A program made the translations under genes and the position numbers. From an uncultured delta proteobacterium (lineage in GTDB: Bacteria > Desulfobacterota > Zymogenia > Zymogenales > Zymogenaceae): 64,000 nt of DNA. Location of the stretch: the NCBI GenBank assembly GCA_963735595.1, contig CAVTLK010000004.1, forward strand, positions 32,001 through 96,000, given 5' to 3'. Below are positions 58,539 through 64,000 of the stretch, in pieces; positions within the stretch are counted from its first letter, which is position 1; the number at the start of each line of letters is the position of its first letter. Below the pieces are notes generated by a model, which searched no databases, was not told the DNA's origin, and worked only from the letters and a program-made list of their open reading frames with translations.

Positions 58539-59246
58539 ATGGGCCCTATGGAATTTGACGATTCTGAAGAACTGAAAGTTACCGACGGCGTCTATCAGGT
58601 GGCGGGCGGCGATATTACCGACGGGGCCGATGCCGCCGCCTTTCTCCTTACCCTTGCCCGACCCATTCTCATCGATACCGGCGCGGGCCGCTCCATTGAC
58701 GGGCTCGTGGAAAACATCAGGGCCGTCGGGGTGGACCCCGCCACCGTCAAGGACGTAGTGCTCACCCATAATCACATCGACCACATCGGGGGCGCGCCCT
58801 ATCTGAAGGAGCGCTACGGCTGTCGGATCATTATGCACGAGATGGACGCCGCCGCCCTGCGATCCGGCGATGACCATGCCACGGCGGCCGGGATGTACGG
58901 CGTGTCGTTTCCGCCTACCCCGGTGGACGAAACGTTTAGCGGGCGGGAGCATCGTCTCGCGATCGGAAACGACACACTGGTCCTCGTCCATACCCCCGGC
59001 CACACGCCGGGGTCTATCTCTGTCTACATCGATCTGGGGGGCCGTCGCGTACTGTTTGCCCAGGATGTTCACGGTCCGTTCATGGCTGCGTTCGCCTCCG
59101 ATATCCACCAGTGGCGCCAATCCATGGAGCGGCTGATCGAGCTGGCGCCGGATATCCTCTGCGAGGGCCATTTCGGGATCTACGAACCGAAAGACCGGGC
59201 CGTCGCCTATATTCAAGGGTACCTCGACCGGTACGCCCGATATTGA
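58539..59246 (+). CDS. MBL-fold metallo-hydrolase
   Basis: LIDTG, THNHIDHIGG, HTPGHTPG, LCEGH. Confidence 0.9.
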   Translation: MGPMEFDDSEELKVTDGVYQVAGGDITDGADAAAFLLTLARPILIDTGAGRSIDGLVENIRAVGVDPATVKDVVLTHNHIDHIGGAPYLKERYGCRIIMHEMDAAALRSGDDHATAAGMYGVSFPPTPVDETFSGREHRLAIGNDTLVLVHTPGHTPGSISVYIDLGGRRVLFAQDVHGPFMAAFASDIHQWRQSMERLIELAPDILCEGHFGIYEPKDRAVAYIQGYLDRYARY

Positions 59247-59292
59247 CCGAAGGCGGTACGGCGGCCGGTATTGTCCGGCGGATCCCCCGACG

Positions 59293-62166
59293 CTATGTCG
59301 TGGGACCGCCCCTGGCAAGGACCGTGTCGAGCACTTCGGTTATTGTCGCAATCCCATAGGGCTTGATGAGCACCCCGACAAATCCATGTGCCCGGAAATC
59401 GGCCATAATCGGATCGTTGGAATAACCGCTGGACACTACCGCCCTGACGGAAGGGTCAATCACCCGGAGACGCCTGATAGTCTCAATCCCCCCCATTCCG
59501 CCCTTAATCGTTAAGTCCATAATCACTAAATCAAAAGGCATCCCGGCCTGGGCGGCCCTTGTAAACTTTTCTATTGCCTCCCGGCCGTCCCGGGCTGTAT
59601 CTGCTTCATAGCCCAGCCCAATAAGCATGGTATAGGCGACGTCCCGAATGGCTTCCTCGTCGTCCATTATCAGGACATTCCCCTTTCCCCTCACGTTTTT
59701 TACGGCCACCGGGTTCCCCCGGATATGCGCGCTGCCTGATACCGGCAGGTAGATCATAAATGTGGTGCCGGTTCCAACTTTCGACCGGACGCCGATATGG
59801 CCGTCGTGATTCTTGACGATCGAATACGAAATCGAGAGGCCCAGGCCGCTGCCCTTCTCCTTGGTGGTAAAGAAGGGGTCAAATATCTTTTCGAGGTTCT
59901 CCGGCGGTATTCCCTGTCCCTTATCGGTAATGGTGACAAGAATATAGTCCCCGTTTGCAATCGGCAGTACGTCTTCATCCGAGATAGTGACATTTTCGGC
60001 CGATACCGCCAGCGTACCGCCATCGGGCATCGCCTGGTGCGCATTGATGACAATATTATTAAACACCTGGCTGATCTGCCCGATATCGGCCTCGACCGGC
60101 TTAAGATCCTCGGCGATCTGAAACTCGCACGGTATAGTAGAGCCCCCGAGGGCAAACGTTACCGAGTCTCTGATGAATTCGGAGACAATGACGGTTTCTT
60201 TAACGGGTACCCCTCCCCGGGAAAACGTGAGGAGCTGATGATTGAGACGTCCCGCCATGATCGAGGCCTTTTCCATCTTCTCGAGGCGGTCATAGATCTT
60301 TTCTCCCTTTTGGGTATAGGTCTTGGCCAGTGAGATGTTGGCCATAATAGCCGTCAGGATGTTATTATAGTCATGCGCGATCCCACCGGCAAGGATGCCC
60401 AGGGATTCGAGCTTCTGTGTCTTTCTGAGTTCATCCTCGATCCGTTTCTTTTCGGTTACGTCCCGAAAGACGAGGACCACGCCGATAATATTGCTGTCCC
60501 TGTCCTTGATCGGCGATCCGCTGTCGGCGACGATACGTTCCGTCCCGTCCTTGGCGATGAGGATCGTATCGCTTTCAATTTCGATCATTCCCGCACTGTC
60601 GATGATCTTCTTTACGGGGTCCTCGCACGCTAGGCGTGTAGTCTGGCTGATGATCCGGAAGACCTCCGAGAGCGGTCTTCCGCCGGCCTCGCTCTGAGAA
60701 AAGCCGGTCAATGCCTCCGCCGCCTTATTTATCAGGACGACCTTCCCGCCAATATCTGTCGTGATAACCCCGTCCCCGATGCTCTTGAGGGTTACGGCCA
60801 GCCGCTCCTTTTCTTCGGCAAGGGCCTCTTCGGCCCGCAGCCGCTCGGTCAGGTCCCTCAACGTCCCCTGGAAGCCGACGATCCTGCCCTGGCGCCTCAG
60901 TACCGTTACGTATCCCTCTACCTTTCGCTCGGTACCGTTCTTCGTATACATGCTGTACGTGAAGTTATCTATCGGGACGCCTGTCCTATACAGGGAGTTA
61001 TAGGTTTTGTAGATTTCCTCGGCCTTGTGGGGGGAGCAGAATTTTATGTAGCTTGCCCCGATAACCTCCTGCCAGGGGTATCCCGACATTTCGATGAGGG
61101 CGGAATTCGCCGCTGTGATAACCCCTGCGAGGTTTACGGTAAATACCCCCTCAATGGAATTTTCGAACAAATTACGCCACGTCTCTTCACGCTCCTTGAT
61201 CTGTTCCTCCGCCCGCATCCGGGCGACCGCAGTACCGATTTCACGGCCTATGCTTGAAAGGATATCCTGGATCTCCTCGGTGAAAAACAGTTTATGCGAG
61301 CCGGCGATATCCAGGGCCCCGATAGCCCTGCCCTGCGAGAGGAGGGGGACGATAGCATATGAGTGTGCGTCGAAAATCGCCCCCGGCACGTGATCCTTCC
61401 CCCGGCAGTCGTTATCGACGAACATCATGTTCCTTTGGAAGACACCATCGTACGGACTCTCGGATGTTTGCACCCTTCGGACTTGATCGATAGATTCCTC
61501 CAATAATCCATTATTCACGACGAGCTCGGCAACGTCCAGGTCTTCGTTCAGAAGGTAGACTCCGCCGCCGGCCAGATCCATGAGGTCAAGGATCGTCGCA
61601 AGGACACCCTCCAGGAGGGATTTGACGCTGTCGGCCTGGTTGGTCGAGATTATAACCCGGTTGAGTATCTCCAGTTTTCTCGTCTGTTTGCCGACCTCTG
61701 CCCGCGTCTTACTGTCGTCCGAGATGTCCCGCGCGATCTCCAGGCAGGCCGTCGATCCGTCGGGCAGGGGCACGGGGATCGAATGGATCTCGAGGATGAC
61801 GCCGTTAGCGCGGGATGCCTCTCGCATGAAAGGCTGCCGCTGCCTGATGGCCTCAATCGCGGTGCACGACGCGCACGGGCAATCCGTATTATAATAAAAC
61901 TCGTAACACTTGCGGCCGCCTGCCTTACCGGATACGCGGATCGACGCCTTATTCTGGAACACGATGTCGTACGATTCGTTGATGATATCAACGGAATCGG
62001 GCATCGCGTCGATCAGGGCATTGTTGATCTTGAGGAGGCGCCCGATATCTTCCCTTGCCCGGGACAACTCATCGGTGAGCGTTCGAATTTCGGACCGCAG
62101 TGCGTCTTTTGAGTCTTCCCGACGGTTCACCGCTGTTTCCTCGAAAAGATTGACAATTAGATACAT
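59293..62166 (-). CDS. hybrid sensor histidine kinase (PAS-GAF-PAS-PAS-HisKA-HATPase-REC)
   Basis: [11 protein letters not shown] (H box), [26 protein letters not shown], receiver LIMDDE...MDLT...KPY. Confidence 0.93.
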   Translation of the reverse strand: MYLIVNLFEETAVNRREDSKDALRSEIRTLTDELSRAREDIGRLLKINNALIDAMPDSVDIINESYDIVFQNKASIRVSGKAGGRKCYEFYYNTDCPCASCTAIEAIRQRQPFMREASRANGVILEIHSIPVPLPDGSTACLEIARDISDDSKTRAEVGKQTRKLEILNRVIISTNQADSVKSLLEGVLATILDLMDLAGGGVYLLNEDLDVAELVVNNGLLEESIDQVRRVQTSESPYDGVFQRNMMFVDNDCRGKDHVPGAIFDAHSYAIVPLLSQGRAIGALDIAGSHKLFFTEEIQDILSSIGREIGTAVARMRAEEQIKEREETWRNLFENSIEGVFTVNLAGVITAANSALIEMSGYPWQEVIGASYIKFCSPHKAEEIYKTYNSLYRTGVPIDNFTYSMYTKNGTERKVEGYVTVLRRQGRIVGFQGTLRDLTERLRAEEALAEEKERLAVTLKSIGDGVITTDIGGKVVLINKAAEALTGFSQSEAGGRPLSEVFRIISQTTRLACEDPVKKIIDSAGMIEIESDTILIAKDGTERIVADSGSPIKDRDSNIIGVVLVFRDVTEKKRIEDELRKTQKLESLGILAGGIAHDYNNILTAIMANISLAKTYTQKGEKIYDRLEKMEKASIMAGRLNHQLLTFSRGGVPVKETVIVSEFIRDSVTFALGGSTIPCEFQIAEDLKPVEADIGQISQVFNNIVINAHQAMPDGGTLAVSAENVTISDEDVLPIANGDYILVTITDKGQGIPPENLEKIFDPFFTTKEKGSGLGLSISYSIVKNHDGHIGVRSKVGTGTTFMIYLPVSGSAHIRGNPVAVKNVRGKGNVLIMDDEEAIRDVAYTMLIGLGYEADTARDGREAIEKFTRAAQAGMPFDLVIMDLTIKGGMGGIETIRRLRVIDPSVRAVVSSGYSNDPIMADFRAHGFVGVLIKPYGIATITEVLDTVLARGGPTT

Positions 62167-62346
62167 GCCCGATCGGTTCCGGCTACCCGGTGTATTGCCG
62201 ATCAGCCGTTAAGACAGGTAATGAAACGAGTAGCGGACTATCCCGCTTCTCTCAACAACGATACCGCCGTAACCGTCCGTACGGCTCACCGAGTCTTCTC
62301 AGTCTTTCTGATACGGCTTTCACTTGTTGAGTCCCCAAAGCCGGGG

Positions 62347-63885
62347 CTACCTGATCAGTGACTTTCCGGTCATCCCGGCGGATTTTTTGTGCCCGAGGAT
62401 GGTCAGGATTGTCGGGGCGACGTCGGCAAGGATCCCCCGTTCAAGGGTGCGTCCCCGAAGGTCGGGGTCTACAAGGATTAAGGGGACCGGGTTGGTAGTG
62501 TGGGCAGTATGCGGTTCATTGTTCTTGAAATCCCACATCTCCTCGGCGTTGCCGTGATCGGCGGTGATGAGGATCGAGTAGCCCGCCTTCACGGCCTCGT
62601 CTACCACCCTGCCGACGCACGTATCCACTGTCTCGACGGCCTTTACCGCCGCCTCCATGACGCCGGTATGCCCCACCATGTCGGGATTGGCGAAGTTGAG
62701 GACGATGAGCCCGTATTTCTTTTCGGCAATCAGCGCCGTGACGCGCTCGGTAACCGCGCGGGCGCTCATCTCGGGTTTCAGGTCGTAGGTGGGTACGTCC
62801 TTGGGCGAAGGGACAAGGACCCGGTCCTCGAGGGCAAAGAGCCGTTCCTGGCCGCCGGAAAAAAAGAAGGTTACATGGGCGTATTTTTCCGTCTCGGCGA
62901 TCCTCAGCTGGGCCTTTTTAAGATCGGCGAAGACCTCCCCTAGGATATTATTCAGCGCCTGCGGCCCGAAGACGACCGGAAACGGGAAGGTTTCGTCATA
63001 TCGGGTCATCGCGAGAAATCCGGCGTGTTGTACCACGCGCTCCCGGACGAACCCGTCGAAGTCGGAAAACAGCAGCGCCCGCGTTATCTCGCGTGCGCGG
63101 TCTGCCCGAAAGTTGATAAAGAAGATACCGTCGCCGTCGGCAACCGTTCCGACGGGTTTCCCCCCCTCCGTTATCACCGTGGGGGTGACAAACTCGTCGG
63201 TCTGGCCGCCGTCGTAGGCCTGTCTGACGGCCGTCACGGGATCGGACGCGGTTTGGCCCCGCCCGAGCACGATGGCGTCGTATCCCTTCTGGACCCGATC
63301 CCACCGCTTGTCCCGATCCATTCCGAAGTAACGCCCCTGGAGACTGGCGACCTTGCCCGCACCGATTTCGGTCATAAAGGCAACCAGCTGCTGCATATAG
63401 CCGGCCCCGCTCGTAGGGGGTGTATCCCGGCCGTCGAGAAAGACATGAAAAAAGAGGCGCTCAATTCCCGAATTGTGAGCCACCCTGATCGCCGCGAAGA
63501 TATGGTCTATGTGGCTGTGTACCCCCCCGTCGGATAAGAGACCCATGATGTGGAGCGCAGCGCCTCTCTCCTTTACCTCCCCGCAGAAGCCCGTCAGGAC
63601 CTCGTTGGAAAAGAAAGACCCGTCGGCGATGGCCTTATTGATCCTCGTATAGTCCTGATAGACGATCCTCCCGGCGCCAAGGTTCAGGTGGCCGACCTCG
63701 CTGTTACCCATCTGCCTGTCGGGCAACCCCACGTCAAGGCCGCTGGCCGCTAACGTGGTAGAGGGATACTCGCTCGTCAGCCCGTCAATCACGGGGGTCT
63801 TCGCCTGGGCGACCGCATTGAATTCGGTATCAGCCCTGATCCCCCAGCCGTCCATAACGATAAGAATGATTCGTTTTTCAGTCAT
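62347..63885 (-). CDS. gpmI: 2,3-bisphosphoglycerate-independent phosphoglycerate mutase
   Basis: MDGWG, QMGNSEVGH, GGVHSH, NFRADR, ETEKYAHVT, NPDMVGHTG, TADHGN, HTAHT. Confidence 0.97.
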   Translation of the reverse strand: MTEKRIILIVMDGWGIRADTEFNAVAQAKTPVIDGLTSEYPSTTLAASGLDVGLPDRQMGNSEVGHLNLGAGRIVYQDYTRINKAIADGSFFSNEVLTGFCGEVKERGAALHIMGLLSDGGVHSHIDHIFAAIRVAHNSGIERLFFHVFLDGRDTPPTSGAGYMQQLVAFMTEIGAGKVASLQGRYFGMDRDKRWDRVQKGYDAIVLGRGQTASDPVTAVRQAYDGGQTDEFVTPTVITEGGKPVGTVADGDGIFFINFRADRAREITRALLFSDFDGFVRERVVQHAGFLAMTRYDETFPFPVVFGPQALNNILGEVFADLKKAQLRIAETEKYAHVTFFFSGGQERLFALEDRVLVPSPKDVPTYDLKPEMSARAVTERVTALIAEKKYGLIVLNFANPDMVGHTGVMEAAVKAVETVDTCVGRVVDEAVKAGYSILITADHGNAEEMWDFKNNEPHTAHTTNPVPLILVDPDLRGRTLERGILADVAPTILTILGHKKSAGMTGKSLIR

Positions 63886-64000
63886 TGGCGTTATTGATAG
63901 TCCCTGGTGACGGGAATCGACCCGTATGCCCCGTAGCGAATTGTCCGTGCCCGGCCGGCGCCGCCGTCACCGCTGCCGGCCGCCGGGCGCGTCAGGAGCG

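Overview
The window is a composite of three unrelated segments joined mid-gene at about 48045 and at 54980/54981. Many single-base frameshifts fall in otherwise intact genes, which is typical of uncorrected long-read sequence. (1) 1-~48045 is Bacteroidota-like (TAnnTTTG promoter elements, GldA-like ATPase, T9SS cargo). It holds rpoN, asnS, a USP gene, gldA, and metK behind a SAM-II riboswitch. A convergent metY-metX-metH-metF operon sits behind a SAM-I riboswitch followed by an unannotated Met/Cys-rich 22-aa leader ORF. Then come cysS, a DUF559 nuclease bracketed by inverted C-run/G-run palindromes, ispG and rnr. A PqqD/RRE + kinase-like/S26 peptidase fusion + ABC exporter + nucleotidyltransferase cluster follows, then a Y1 (RAYT-like) transposase between tandem 25-bp GTAG-REP arrays, an AT-rich HTH/lipoprotein/small membrane protein islet, and a >17.5-kb T9SS adhesin gene built from FN3, PKD-like and PKD repeats. 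(2) ~48045-54980 is GC-richer and Chloroflexota-like: DUF1998 helicase with a Tudor-like tail, LexA-boxed radical SAM repair gene, dGTPase, membrane protein, Xaa-Pro peptidase fragment. (3) 54981-64000 is GC-rich: acyl-CoA synthetase fragment, two DUF4013 genes around tmk, WapI-like gene, MBL hydrolase, hybrid sensor kinase, gpmI. The best leads are the DUF559-centred REPtron-like unit whose palindromes also occur inside coding regions, the SAM-I riboswitch plus Met-leader tandem control, and the RRE-containing modification cluster that lacks a cyclase. All family assignments come from motif recognition; no database searches were run.
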